A DNA stretch of 64,000 bases from an uncultured Candidatus Saccharibacteria bacterium (lineage in GTDB: Bacteria > Patescibacteriota > Minisyncoccia > Phycocordibacterales > DATDWN01), in NCBI GenBank assembly GCA_964597675.1, contig CAZQYV010000004.1, forward strand, positions 5,590 through 69,589, written 5' to 3'. The translations under genes and the position numbers were made by a program. The notes below the pieces were generated by a model, which made no database searches, was not told the origin of the DNA, and saw nothing but the letters and a program-made list of their open reading frames with translations. Positions 47,958 through 58,425 of this stretch are shown here, in pieces; position 1 is the stretch's first letter, and the number at the start of each line of letters is the position of its first letter.

Positions 47958-49085
47958 CTATTGCTCGTGTGAAAGAGTAATATTCAAAACTTGTTCTGCA
48001 ATAAGTCGCGCAGAATCTCTCCTTGCAAAACCTAGTGCCGCTTTTTTCATCTTTTCCTTTTCATCAGGGTTAGTCATGATGCGATTTATCTCAGCAATAA
48101 GTATATGACCATTGAGGTTTTTCTCCTCTATTACAACTGCCGCTCCTGTTCGTGCGTATGAATAGGCATTCATTCTCTGATGATCACCATTTGATTTTGT
48201 AATCGGAATAATAATGCTTGGTCTACCCCATGAGGCAATTTCAAAAATTGTTGAACCTGCCCGAGATATAACAATATCAGATGCCCCAGCAGTCATTCTC
48301 TGTTGTAGTAGATCAAGATAGTCATATGGTTTATAACGATTCTTGTTTACACTGTCATGCAAAATTAGTTCAGATGTCTCTTTCATAACACCAATATTTG
48401 CCTTACCTGTTTGATGGATAACATTGTATGATTTTACAAGTTCTGGTAGTGCATCCATAATTACATCATTGATCATCTGAGCGCCCTGTGACCCGCCACG
48501 AATCAAAATAGACGGTACGCTTGCATCAAGGCCAAGATATTCATAAGCGCCATTTGATAATGCATCCATAATCTCCCTTCTTACAGGGTTACCTGTATGT
48601 GCGACTTTGCCTACTGGAAAATGTTTTGCTGCCTCGGGATATGACACTGCGATACGTACAGCAAATTTGCCTGCCCATTTATTTACCATGCCAGGCACTG
48701 AATCAGATTCGTGTATTACCACAGGGATACGTAGAATTCTAGCCGCAAACAAAGCAGGAAAACTTGCAAAGCCACCTTTACCGAAAACCACATCTGGGTA
48801 AATAGAAAACAAAGCCCAGAGCGCTCGAAATGAACCCCATACAATTTTAAACAAATCAAAAAAATTAAGGATAGAAAAATATCGCCTAATTTTTCCTGCA
48901 GTTATTTGTCTAAATTCAACATTATTATCAAATAACAACCCCTCATTGTAGGGTTCTGTAGAAAGATAATACATTTTTGGTTCGATCAAGTGGTTTTCTT
49001 TGACAAGAGCATTTATTTCCTGTGCCACCGCAATGATTGGATAAAAATGCCCGCCTGATCCACCTCCTGTGAGTACAATTTTCAT
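47958..49085 (-). CDS. murG: Lipid II GlcNAc transferase
   Basis: GGGSGGHFYP, KGGFAS.P, HESD, GNPVR, GGSQGA, ISRAG, HQRMNA. Confidence 0.95.
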   Translation of the reverse strand: MKIVLTGGGSGGHFYPIIAVAQEINALVKENHLIEPKMYYLSTEPYNEGLLFDNNVEFRQITAGKIRRYFSILNFFDLFKIVWGSFRALWALFSIYPDVVFGKGGFASFPALFAARILRIPVVIHESDSVPGMVNKWAGKFAVRIAVSYPEAAKHFPVGKVAHTGNPVRREIMDALSNGAYEYLGLDASVPSILIRGGSQGAQMINDVIMDALPELVKSYNVIHQTGKANIGVMKETSELILHDSVNKNRYKPYDYLDLLQQRMTAGASDIVISRAGSTIFEIASWGRPSIIIPITKSNGDHQRMNAYSYARTGAAVVIEEKNLNGHILIAEINRIMTNPDEKEKMKKAALGFARRDSARLIAEQVLNITLSHEQ

Positions 49086-49089
49086 ATTA

Positions 49090-50199
49090 TTATTTTTTAG
49101 CAGACAGCTTTGCAGTTTTTGATATATTTAGAATAATTCCAACCTCAGCAAGTACCATAAAAAGGGCTGTACCACCATGACTAATAAATGGCAATGTAAT
49201 ACCCGATAGTGGTAATACACCTACCATAGCTGCTATATTTACGAATGCTTGCGATACAATCATTATAACAATTCCAACGGTCAGTAGTCTACCAAAGGTA
49301 TCTGGTGTATGTGTTGCAATTTTGAGCCCCCGAAAAGCAAAAAATATAAACAAAAGGATGATCCCGACTGCACCGAGAAAGCCAAATTCCTCGCTTGCGA
49401 CAGCAAATATCGAGTCTCCAATTGGCTCTGGTAAATAATTAAATTTCTGAATACTTTGACCAAATCCGCGACCAGAAAGACCACCCGAACCAATAGCGAT
49501 TAGAGATTGTTGTATCTGGTATCCACTACCAAGTGAGTTTTCGCTTGGATGAAGGAATGTTGTAATACGACTCATAACATATGGGCGCTCATAAGCAATA
49601 ATACCCAGCCCAATAATTCCAGAAAAAAGGAGTATAAAAAAGTACCTCCACTTCCCTCCCCCCGCGATGAACATAGCTATTCCAGCAAAAAAAGTAATAG
49701 CAAATGTGTCAGTATCAGGTTGCTTTAGTAGAACTATACCAACGATTGATGTGATTATAATGAAAGGAATAAATCCGTAACGGATTGTTGTCACTCTGTC
49801 CTTGACTGATGCCAACCATGCGGCAAGATATATGATATATGCTATCTTCAATAATTCAGAGGGTTGGAATGTAGTGGCCCCCAAATCTATCCAACGATAC
49901 GCACCTCCATGCTGAATACCGATTTTTGGAACGAAAACTAGAAGTGTTACAACAATTGCTACGCAAAAAAAGTAAAATGCATATTTTCTATATTTTTTAA
50001 AATCAAAATTTGATGTAATGATACAAGCAATAATTCCAAGAAATAGACCGAAAAAAGTTTGGTTGAATGAGACGTTTGCATATTTTACACTCTGATTTGA
50101 TAATAGACCCAGAGATGCTGATGTAAATATCAAGAAACCGCCAATTACGAGAATTGCGATTGATATAAAAAACGGTATGTCGATTTTTATTTTTTTCAT
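49090..50199 (-). CDS. ftsW: SEDS peptidoglycan polymerase
   Basis: RWI, FQPSELLK, QPD, GYQIQQSLIAIGSGG, LPFISHGG; adjacent to murG. Confidence 0.88.
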   Translation of the reverse strand: MKKIKIDIPFFISIAILVIGGFLIFTSASLGLLSNQSVKYANVSFNQTFFGLFLGIIACIITSNFDFKKYRKYAFYFFCVAIVVTLLVFVPKIGIQHGGAYRWIDLGATTFQPSELLKIAYIIYLAAWLASVKDRVTTIRYGFIPFIIITSIVGIVLLKQPDTDTFAITFFAGIAMFIAGGGKWRYFFILLFSGIIGLGIIAYERPYVMSRITTFLHPSENSLGSGYQIQQSLIAIGSGGLSGRGFGQSIQKFNYLPEPIGDSIFAVASEEFGFLGAVGIILLFIFFAFRGLKIATHTPDTFGRLLTVGIVIMIVSQAFVNIAAMVGVLPLSGITLPFISHGGTALFMVLAEVGIILNISKTAKLSAKK

Positions 50200-50212
50200 T
50201 GTACTGATAGAA

Positions 50213-50338
50213 TTTTAAATTCTTGGCTCAGTGTGTCTTTCTCCTCACACACATAAAAGTCTACTGACTTTTTGCTCTGCTCGGCCCGTCGGCCTGCGCA
50301 AGGTTCGGATAAAGACACACCTTCGCCGTAATTTAAAA
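50213..50338 (-). repeat. Long palindromic element, type B variant on the minus strand
   Basis: Minus strand: ACGGCG-stem-CCTTGCGCAGGCCGACGGG...AAAAGT-CAGTAG-ACTTTT...stem-AGCCAAG. Confidence 0.7.
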
Positions 50339-50342
50339 CATA

Positions 50343-51398
50343 TTAACTGACAAGTGCAAAAATCACACCGACAATTGCAAAGACGACACTGACAATCCAA
50401 TATCTCATGACCACTTTTTCCTTTGACCAACCAATTGCTTCGAAATGATGATGCAGTGGTGCCACACGAAAGACTCGTCTTTTTCCAAAATATTTATACG
50501 AAATCATTTGTATAATGACAGACAATGAGGTCAGGACGAGTGGCAATGCGATAATTGGCAATACCAAAACTGAATTTGTTAGGAATGCAATAACAGCAAG
50601 TGTAATTGTTAGACCAAGCATGCCCGTCTCGCCCATGTAAAATCTAGCTGGCGGTATGTTAAACCACAGAAATGCAAGCGTCCCTCCAGCAATAACGGCA
50701 CACAATGCCGCTATATCTATCTGGTTGTTTACAAAAGCAATAATAGCATATGCAGTAAATATAGATGTCAGTACTCCACCAGACAAACCATCGATGCCAT
50801 CAATAACGCTTGTTGAAAAAACTGCAAGCATAACTAGAATAAATAGTGGAATAAACCAAAGACCAATGTAAATATCTCCACCAAATGGGATATGCAATGT
50901 ATTCATATCAAGTTTGAAGTAAAACCATGATGAAATTGCAAGTCCAATGAGACATACTGTAAATATTTTTACCTTTCTATAAATAATATTGTCCTTGGCA
51001 TATGATCCGGTACCAAAAATTTGCATAAAATCATCTGCAAGACCAATAAGGGAAGCCAGAAGAAGTGTGCCTAGTGGAACCAACGTCTGACTACGAGAGA
51101 AAAAGTTGAGTTTCTCTGTCAATTCACTTGGAAAAAGTATATACATTACATAAATAAAAAATACAGTCAATGAGACTGAAACCCAAATTATAACTCCCCC
51201 AACTCGTGGAGTAGATAATTCACCTTTTGTATTATGTATCTTTGCAAAATCGTCGGTAGTAATATCCCCTGTCTCTGTTCGTGGGCTTTTCTTCCACATT
51301 CTATATTTGTAGAAAATATCGGTGAAAAAGGGTGTAATCAACACTCCTAGAAAAAAAGTTAGAACAGATGGTATAACGATTTTGATGACATCAATCAT
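50343..51398 (-). CDS. mraY: Phospho-MurNAc-pentapeptide transferase
   Basis: TPRVGG, GLADD, DGIDGL, FNIPPARFYMGE, APLHHHFEAIGW. Confidence 0.95.
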   Translation of the reverse strand: MIDVIKIVIPSVLTFFLGVLITPFFTDIFYKYRMWKKSPRTETGDITTDDFAKIHNTKGELSTPRVGGVIIWVSVSLTVFFIYVMYILFPSELTEKLNFFSRSQTLVPLGTLLLASLIGLADDFMQIFGTGSYAKDNIIYRKVKIFTVCLIGLAISSWFYFKLDMNTLHIPFGGDIYIGLWFIPLFILVMLAVFSTSVIDGIDGLSGGVLTSIFTAYAIIAFVNNQIDIAALCAVIAGGTLAFLWFNIPPARFYMGETGMLGLTITLAVIAFLTNSVLVLPIIALPLVLTSLSVIIQMISYKYFGKRRVFRVAPLHHHFEAIGWSKEKVVMRYWIVSVVFAIVGVIFALVS

Positions 51399-53230
51399 AT
51401 TTTTTCCTTATCTATGAACGTATTATACCACAATGCGAGCATCAAAAGTAGGTAAATCTTTCTTGAATTATCCTCACTCTTATTTATGTGTTTTTCTACA
51501 AGATTTCTAATATGACCCATTTCCATGTGTGTCTGGATGTATTTGTTTGTATATATTATTTCGTAAATCTCTGCCCTCTCGCTTGTAAACCAATCACGAA
51601 CAGGTGTTGGAAAACCAAGCTTTTTACGATTACGTGTTGATTCAGGGATTATTTTTTCAAATGCTTTTCTAAGCAAATACTTTGTCGTGTATCCCCGCCA
51701 TTTAAACCTATCAGGCAATGTCGAGGCGAGACGTGCAACTTCAATATCTAGAAATGGTACTCGAAGTTCGAGCGAGTGAGCCATGGTCATTTTATCGGCT
51801 TTTGCCAAAATATCACCGACAAGCCAAGTATGTATATCAATATATTCCATCTGGACAGACTGGCTTAAATTTGCTACGTCAGCATATAGTCCATTTAGTG
51901 TGAATGCAGTCTGTTCTGGTGCCTTCCATAATCTGCAAATTTCATCTTGTTTAAAAATCGATGCATTGCCAATATACCAATCAGACAAACGAGAGACTGC
52001 ACGACGAATATAATTTTTACCAAAAAACTCAAATGGAATATTAAGAAACAATTTTAGAATTGAATGTGGTATCCAAGCAATATTTTTGCGTGCAAATGGC
52101 TCGAGATATATATTATAACCACCAAATAGCTCATCTGATCCCTCACCTGATAATACAACCGTAACATGTTTTCGCGCCTCACGTGAGACAAAATATAGAC
52201 CAATTGCTGATGGATCAGCTACGGGCTCATCAAAATGCCAAACCGCCTTTGGTAATACAGAAAAATATTCATCGGGGCCAATAGTAATTTCAGTATGATC
52301 TGTTCCAAGAAAATCAGCTGTTTCTCGTGCCTCTACACCTTCAGTTAGAGTATTAAACCCAACAGTAAATGTTTTAATTTTTTTAGTCCCTCGAATAGTC
52401 TGCATCATTGTCGCTATAATGCTACTGTCGACACCACCAGAAAGAAATGAGCCCACTGGAACATCGGCTATCATATGGTGTGCTACCGAGTCACGTATAG
52501 TATCTTGTATATCTTTTGTCGTCCTCTCTTCATCAAGATTTTCATCTGGTCTAAATGTAAACGACCAATATTTTTTTATAGTGAATGTGCCCGTAGTGCA
52601 ATCAATTGACATGCAATGTCCCGGAGGAAGTTTATACGCATCTTTGAAAAATGTCTCTGTCAGCGGGTTGTACTGATAAGAAAGATAATTGTAGACTGCA
52701 GTATCATTTACTACTGGTACATAGTCTGGTATTGAAAAAAAACTTTTTATTTCAGAGCCAAAGGCAATAAACTTGCTGTCTTGCACATAATAGTATAGTG
52801 GCTTTATACCAAAATGATCACGTGCGATAAAAAGAGTGTGTTTTTCTACATCATAGATAGAAAAAGCAAACATTCCCCGTAGTCGGCTGAGTGCTGTGTC
52901 ACCATACTCCTCATACATTTGTAAAATAACCTCTGTATCCGATGCTGTGTGAAATATTCGTCCCTTATTTTCTAATTCATTTTTTAGTTCCTTGTAGTTA
53001 TAAATTTCGCCATTAAAAAAAATACACCTTGACTTGTCCTGTGACCATATAGGTTGGGTGCCGGTTGAAAGGTCAATGATTGAGAGACGACGCATTCCTA
53101 GTCCAACATATTCATCCGAAAAAAAGCCATCCTGATCTGGCCCACGATGTACAATTGTTTCAGTCATAGCGCGTATGACCGTGTCTGTTATCCCCTTATT
53201 TTTCCCAATAATTCCGGTAATGCCACACAT
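51395..53230 (-). CDS. asnB: Glutamine-hydrolysing asparagine synthase-family amidotransferase
   Basis: MCGITG, HRGPD, RRLSIIDL, FNGEIYN, FLSGGVDSS, SGEGSDELFGGY, LRVPFLD. Confidence 0.93.
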   Translation of the reverse strand: MCGITGIIGKNKGITDTVIRAMTETIVHRGPDQDGFFSDEYVGLGMRRLSIIDLSTGTQPIWSQDKSRCIFFNGEIYNYKELKNELENKGRIFHTASDTEVILQMYEEYGDTALSRLRGMFAFSIYDVEKHTLFIARDHFGIKPLYYYVQDSKFIAFGSEIKSFFSIPDYVPVVNDTAVYNYLSYQYNPLTETFFKDAYKLPPGHCMSIDCTTGTFTIKKYWSFTFRPDENLDEERTTKDIQDTIRDSVAHHMIADVPVGSFLSGGVDSSIIATMMQTIRGTKKIKTFTVGFNTLTEGVEARETADFLGTDHTEITIGPDEYFSVLPKAVWHFDEPVADPSAIGLYFVSREARKHVTVVLSGEGSDELFGGYNIYLEPFARKNIAWIPHSILKLFLNIPFEFFGKNYIRRAVSRLSDWYIGNASIFKQDEICRLWKAPEQTAFTLNGLYADVANLSQSVQMEYIDIHTWLVGDILAKADKMTMAHSLELRVPFLDIEVARLASTLPDRFKWRGYTTKYLLRKAFEKIIPESTRNRKKLGFPTPVRDWFTSERAEIYEIIYTNKYIQTHMEMGHIRNLVEKHINKSEDNSRKIYLLLMLALWYNTFIDKEKI

Positions 53231-53281
53231 ATTCCCAGTATACTCAAAGGAGGTGATTTTGTCTAAAGAAGGTGTTTAAAA

Positions 53282-54232
53282 CTATTGCTGTAGAGACAGC
53301 AAGGTTGCATTTACAAGTGAGTGCACATCACTAAACCTACCGTCTATGGTTGAGCCAAGGACCACGACAGCGACAGGCCTGCCGAGCCCTGCATCGAACA
53401 CAACCGCAAGATTACCCCCAGCAAGAGCCGTATACCCTGTTTTAGAGGCAATTAGCCCTGGTATTTTCGAGATATCTTTGTTGGTATTTTCGATATTATG
53501 ATTCTTTGATAGTGATGAAACAGTAGCTCCTGTATATTTTGTTGCTTCAAGTATTTCTGGGTGAGTGTTCAATATTACTCCGAGTAGTTGTGCTACATTT
53601 TCAGCACTGCCGTATCCCCCACTCTGTTGAATGCCTTCATCGAGGCCACTTTCGTTTATAAAATATGTTTGTGATAAACCAAGTCGTGTTGCCTCCGTGT
53701 TCATTTTTTCTATAAAGTCTTTTCGCCCGACAGTATAGTTACCTGTTTGTGCCTGGGTTGCACCTATAACCGAAGCAACGGAACGAGCACCGTCATTTGA
53801 TGATGTCACAAGTGAAAAATCAAGGAGATCCTTTAATTTCCATGTTTCTTGCGATAATAGACCGTTATCTCCTTCTGTATTTAAAAACTCTTTTTTAATT
53901 GTTACTTGTGTATTTGCTGGCGCAAGATTTGTGGCAACAAATGCAGTCATAAGTTTTGTTAGTGAAGCAAGTGGTAATTGTGCAGTCTCATTTTTTTGGT
54001 ATAGAACTGTTTTGGTTGCAATATCGTAGACATATACTGCCTTTGCTTGGACTACCACATCTGCAAAAGCCCGCGTATTTACAACTACTGTTCCACCTCT
54101 ATCATTTTTCTTAATTGTCGTCTTATGCAATAAACCATACGCCATAAAGATAAGGCCAATAAGCCCACACAAGAGTGCTAGATTCAGTGCAAAAAGCGGT
54201 ATACTAATTTTTTGTTGGTCATTATTCTCCAT
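53282..54232 (-). CDS. D-Ala-D-Ala carboxypeptidase (peptidase S11)
   Basis: SLTK (SxxK), SSN (SxN), KTG triad; N-terminal TM. Confidence 0.9.
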   Translation of the reverse strand: MENNDQQKISIPLFALNLALLCGLIGLIFMAYGLLHKTTIKKNDRGGTVVVNTRAFADVVVQAKAVYVYDIATKTVLYQKNETAQLPLASLTKLMTAFVATNLAPANTQVTIKKEFLNTEGDNGLLSQETWKLKDLLDFSLVTSSNDGARSVASVIGATQAQTGNYTVGRKDFIEKMNTEATRLGLSQTYFINESGLDEGIQQSGGYGSAENVAQLLGVILNTHPEILEATKYTGATVSSLSKNHNIENTNKDISKIPGLIASKTGYTALAGGNLAVVFDAGLGRPVAVVVLGSTIDGRFSDVHSLVNATLLSLQQ

Positions 54233-54770
54233 CTGTTTCGGTTGGTGTATTATCTACAAGCAATTGTTCTGTAATAGATTGATACTCTGGCAAATCCTCT
54301 ATTCGCTCTAATCCAAGATGCATCAAAGCATCGGTAGTAATAGTATACACCATGACACGCTCATCACGCTCGTGGGTTTTTTTATCAATAAGACCTCTCA
54401 GTAAAAGATTTCGTAATGCAAATTGAGAATTTACTCCTCGAATATAATCGATTTCTTTTCGACTAACAGGACCTTTGTATGCAACTATCGAAAGTGTTTC
54501 TAGACCTGCTCGGCCCAAATCCCGTTCACGCTCCTCACGTATAACCATATCAACCGTCTCTGAAAGTGCAGGAGCAGTGACCAATGCCACAGTATTGTTG
54601 TGCTCAACAAGCCGAATACCTCTATCTGCAAGTGACTCGTGTAAAAGCGAAATTGAATGTTGTACGTCACTAGCCGAGACATTAAGTATTTTTGCCAAGT
54701 CTTTGTAAGTGGTTGGTTCAGCAAGATAAAAGAGAATCGCTTCGATTTTCTGTGGTAATAATGAATCCAT
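54222..54770 (-). CDS. scpB: SMC-Scp complex subunit ScpB
   Basis: IEAILF..AEP, LETLSIVAYKGPVSR.EIDYIRGVNS. Confidence 0.95.
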   Translation of the reverse strand: MDSLLPQKIEAILFYLAEPTTYKDLAKILNVSASDVQHSISLLHESLADRGIRLVEHNNTVALVTAPALSETVDMVIREERERDLGRAGLETLSIVAYKGPVSRKEIDYIRGVNSQFALRNLLLRGLIDKKTHERDERVMVYTITTDALMHLGLERIEDLPEYQSITEQLLVDNTPTETDGE

Positions 54771-54811
54771 AGTATTAGTTTAGCACGGAATGCGAGCAGA
54801 GAAATCCACAG

Positions 54812-54984
54812 AAAAATACAAATTGACGGCGAAGATATATAATTTTTGGAGCCTTTCGCAGAAGTTTAGAAAACAAGGAGGTATTCCGACATTGTTTTCT
54901 TGAACGACGAGAAGTTCGCTAGCCCAGCAGGGCTAGACAGATTGCTCCAAAAATTATGTATCAAGCCAAGTAATTTGTATTTTT
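54812..54984 (+). repeat. Long palindromic element, type C
   Basis: ACGGCG-stem-CCTTTCGCAG...CTAGCC-CAGCAG-GGCTAG...stem-AGCCAAG. Confidence 0.7.
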
Positions 54985-54998
54985 ACAAGATATATTAT

Positions 54999-55736
54999 CT
55001 ACATAGTCTCATATCGTGGAACACCGACAGAGTGTGTCTCCATTTCTATGTCGTGAAAATCTTTATCTTGCCGAACATGGATTATTCCCTGCTTGACCAA
55101 CTCAAGCATGGCCAAGAAACTGACAATTACAGAGACTTTCTCCTCTCTTCCAATTCCTGAAAAATCCTTGAAACTCATACGCAGTGTACTTGTGATGCGA
55201 TGTGTAAGCCGTTCGATTGTCTCCTCGAGTGAGACAACCTGCTTGACCACCGCCTTTGGTACTGCTTCTAGCTTTGGCAGATTCTGTATGACATCGCGAA
55301 TAGTTTGGTGTATTCGCTCAATATTTGTATTTTTATCTGGTGTAAAAAGAATTTTTTTATCCTTTGACTGTAGTCTAATATATGACATGTGAATTCCGAA
55401 CCTACTTCGCAGGTGCTCGCTTAGTGCCTTATATTTTTGATATTGCCGAAGTCGATCTTCAAGGTCAGTAATATTACCTTGCTCTTCTTCCGAAAGTGTT
55501 AGATCTGGAAGAAGAGACTTTGACTTGATCAAAACAAGAGTAGATGCAATCAAAATAAAATGTGCGGAATCAGCAATTGGAAAATCCTCCAAACTTTTTA
55601 CATATGCAATATAATCATCTGCAACTTGGGCAAGCGAAATGTCGTTGATAAACAATTTACGCTTTTCAATAAGCGCAAGGAGTGTATCGAGAGGCCCCTC
55701 GAATATGTGAGTTTTGATAGTGTACTGGCTATCCAT
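54999..55736 (-). CDS. scpA: SMC-Scp complex subunit ScpA
   Basis: FEGPLDTLL.LIEKRK, IKSKSLLP, FLAMLELVKQG; start ATG 55736. Confidence 0.95.
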   Translation of the reverse strand: MDSQYTIKTHIFEGPLDTLLALIEKRKLFINDISLAQVADDYIAYVKSLEDFPIADSAHFILIASTLVLIKSKSLLPDLTLSEEEQGNITDLEDRLRQYQKYKALSEHLRSRFGIHMSYIRLQSKDKKILFTPDKNTNIERIHQTIRDVIQNLPKLEAVPKAVVKQVVSLEETIERLTHRITSTLRMSFKDFSGIGREEKVSVIVSFLAMLELVKQGIIHVRQDKDFHDIEMETHSVGVPRYETM

Positions 55737-55811
55737 AGCACCATTATAGCAGGTTTTCTTATCCACAGTCATGGTATTGACAAAAATGATTCGTGGGTGT
55801 ATTATAATTAA

Positions 55812-55978
55812 AGAATCCTCTATCAAAGGGGTGTGTGCATACAGTGGTAGTTTATCTCCTTGCTTCCCCCGCCGCACATACCCACAAACATGTCCTTTCC
55901 TCCAAAAAACCTCAGACAGTTAGGCCCTGACTCATGTAAATCCTCAGAAGAGGTAAAGAGCACAGGGCCTGTTTTTTT
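55812..55978 (+). ncRNA. Candidate ~165-nt sRNA
   Basis: TTGACA-17-TATTAT promoter at 55777-55805, two hairpins, terminal U-tract. Confidence 0.4.
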
Positions 55979-56011
55979 ATCAAAAAATCCTCTTGCGAGG
56001 ATATTTTGCTT

Positions 56012-57412
56012 TTATTTCTCCTTCTTTTTTACAAGTGAGATATTTAACTCCGCCAATTGTTCAGTAGAAATCTCTGCAGGTGAATTCATCATGAGGTCTC
56101 TCCCCTCGCCTGTTTTTGCGAATGGTATAACCTCGCGAATGTTTGGTTCATTTTGTAATAGCATCATCAAGCGATCAAGCCCCCATGCAATACCTCCATG
56201 TGGTGGCGTGCCAAGTGAAAAAGCAGTCAGCATATGTCCAAAGTTTCTTTGAATATCATCCAGCTTGTGTCCCATAATTTCAAAAACTTTCTCAAGTGCT
56301 TTTGGATCATGATTTCTGATACTGCCCCCGCCAATCTCATAGCCGTTTAAAGCGACATCATATTGAGTAGTTAAAATCTCACCAACATGACTCTTTTCAA
56401 TAAGCCATGGCAAATGTGCTGGTTGTGGACGGGAAAATGGATTGTGTGTAAATGTCCAACCACCCTCATCAGTTTTCTCAAAGAAAGGAAAATCTACAAC
56501 CCAACAAAACGCTAGCAAATTTGGATCACTTTTATCCTCTCGAATATCTGGCTTATCTGAATTGTATTTCTCCATTGCCTCCGCATATGAAAATCTTGGA
56601 AATGGAATCTGCTGGATACGTTTTTCTGGGTATAATCTCTGTACCAATGCAATCAACAGTTTTTCATTAAGTTCCATTACATCTTCACGCTCTACAAAAC
56701 TCATCTCGAGGTCAAGTTGTGTAAATTCTGGCTGGCGGTCACCTCGAGTGTCCTCGTCTCGCATACATCGTGCAATCTGGAAATATTTTTCCATACCAGC
56801 AGTCATCAGTAGTTGTTTGTACTGCTGCGGAGATTGCGGAAGTGCATAAAACATACCGGGGTAGAGACGTGCAGGGACCACGTAGTCGCGTGACCCTTCT
56901 GGTGTTGATTTTGTAAGTAGTGGAGTCTCGATTTCGATAAAACCTTCTGCATCAAGGTAATCTCGAATAAACTTAATCACCTTGTGACGGTTGCGTACGT
57001 TTTTCTGCATGCGATCGCTACGTAGATCAATATAGCGGTATTTCAGGCGTACATCTTCACCAATTTCTCGTGTATCACCTGATATTTCAAATGGTAATAC
57101 ATCTGTCTTATTCAAAATTTCAATTGCTTGTATTTCAAGTTCGATATCGCCATTTATAATCCCCTCTTTGATATTTCTCTCTGGTCGTTTATTGACCATA
57201 CCAGTTATTGCAACTACCCATTCGGTGCGCATTTCCTTGGCTGTCTCAATCGCTTCTGAATTCGGCAGCACAACCCCCTGTACCACTCCTGATGCATCGC
57301 GAACATCAACAAAAACCATTTTACCTTGATCACGTCGTACAGCGATCCACCCTTTCACCACAACTTGCTGACCAACATATTTACTTAATTCATTTATGTG
57401 TATTCGTTTCAT
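56012..57412 (-). CDS. aspS: Aspartate--tRNA ligase, short form lacking the GAD insert
   Basis: RLKYRYIDLR, LTKSTPEGSRDY, ALPQSPQQYKQLLM, RQPEFTQLDLEMSF, PPHGGIAWG.DR. Confidence 0.95.
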   Translation of the reverse strand: MKRIHINELSKYVGQQVVVKGWIAVRRDQGKMVFVDVRDASGVVQGVVLPNSEAIETAKEMRTEWVVAITGMVNKRPERNIKEGIINGDIELEIQAIEILNKTDVLPFEISGDTREIGEDVRLKYRYIDLRSDRMQKNVRNRHKVIKFIRDYLDAEGFIEIETPLLTKSTPEGSRDYVVPARLYPGMFYALPQSPQQYKQLLMTAGMEKYFQIARCMRDEDTRGDRQPEFTQLDLEMSFVEREDVMELNEKLLIALVQRLYPEKRIQQIPFPRFSYAEAMEKYNSDKPDIREDKSDPNLLAFCWVVDFPFFEKTDEGGWTFTHNPFSRPQPAHLPWLIEKSHVGEILTTQYDVALNGYEIGGGSIRNHDPKALEKVFEIMGHKLDDIQRNFGHMLTAFSLGTPPHGGIAWGLDRLMMLLQNEPNIREVIPFAKTGEGRDLMMNSPAEISTEQLAELNISLVKKKEK

Positions 57413-57421
57413 AGTAATCAA

Positions 57422-58399
57422 TTAATATAGCTTTACACCAATCGCTTCACGTACCAGTTCCATCTTTTTCTCGGCCTTTTGCTGTGCACGTTTACCACCT
57501 TCACGTAAAATATCAAGCACGTAATCTCGATCATCTGCCAGTTGTGCTCGTTTCTCACGTAAAGGCGCACAGAATAATTCGATTTTTTCGATCAATGTTT
57601 CCTTTGCCTCTTTGTAGCCCAATCCACCATTAGTGTAGCGAGAAGCGAGAGCAAGTCGTTCATCATCTGTCGCAAACAATTTATATAACTTAAATATAGT
57701 ATCTTCCTCTGGATTTTTTGGCTCATCCACACCTCTTGAATCAGTCGGTATAGCCATTACAGCTTTTTTGATTTCATCGTGTGTTGCAAAAAGTGGAATT
57801 GTATTACCATAACTTTTGCTCATCTTGCGTCCATCGGTACCCGGTACAACAGCAACTTCTTCAAGAATTTTTGCTTCTGGTAATTTGAAAACGTCACCAA
57901 ATATACGATTAAATTTTTCTGCAGTATCCCTCGCATATTCAACATGCTGTTTTTGATCCTGACCAACGGGTACAATATCTGTATCGTATATCAAAATATC
58001 TGATGCCATAAGCATTGGATAATTAAAAGTACCGACTGAAATTTCCTTGTCCTTTGCTTCAGCATCTTTATAGGCATGGGCACGCATGAGGTAAGGCATT
58101 GTTGTTATTGTGTCAAAAATCCAGGCCAACTCTGTGTGCTCGGAAACATCTGATTGTTTGAAAATAACAGATTCTTTTGGATTGAGACCCAATGCCAAAT
58201 AGTCTAAAGCAACATCAAAAACACCCTGAGACATTTCATCCTTGTTTTGAATAAAATTAAGCGCATGATAGTCGGGAATAAAGAAATAGCAATTGTAGTC
58301 CTTTTGCATATTTACAAACTGTCTCATTGCCCCGAAATAATTGCCAATATGAGGCCGGCCTGTTGGCTTGACCCCAGATAGCAGTGTTTTTTTAGTCAT
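57422..58399 (-). CDS. trpS: Tryptophan--tRNA ligase
   Basis: SGVKPTGRPHIGNY, YPMLMASDIL, VPVGQDQKQH, KMSKSYGN. Confidence 0.97.
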   Translation of the reverse strand: MTKKTLLSGVKPTGRPHIGNYFGAMRQFVNMQKDYNCYFFIPDYHALNFIQNKDEMSQGVFDVALDYLALGLNPKESVIFKQSDVSEHTELAWIFDTITTMPYLMRAHAYKDAEAKDKEISVGTFNYPMLMASDILIYDTDIVPVGQDQKQHVEYARDTAEKFNRIFGDVFKLPEAKILEEVAVVPGTDGRKMSKSYGNTIPLFATHDEIKKAVMAIPTDSRGVDEPKNPEEDTIFKLYKLFATDDERLALASRYTNGGLGYKEAKETLIEKIELFCAPLREKRAQLADDRDYVLDILREGGKRAQQKAEKKMELVREAIGVKLY

Positions 58400-58425
58400 G
58401 TAGATATTCTAGCAAAAATCACCCT

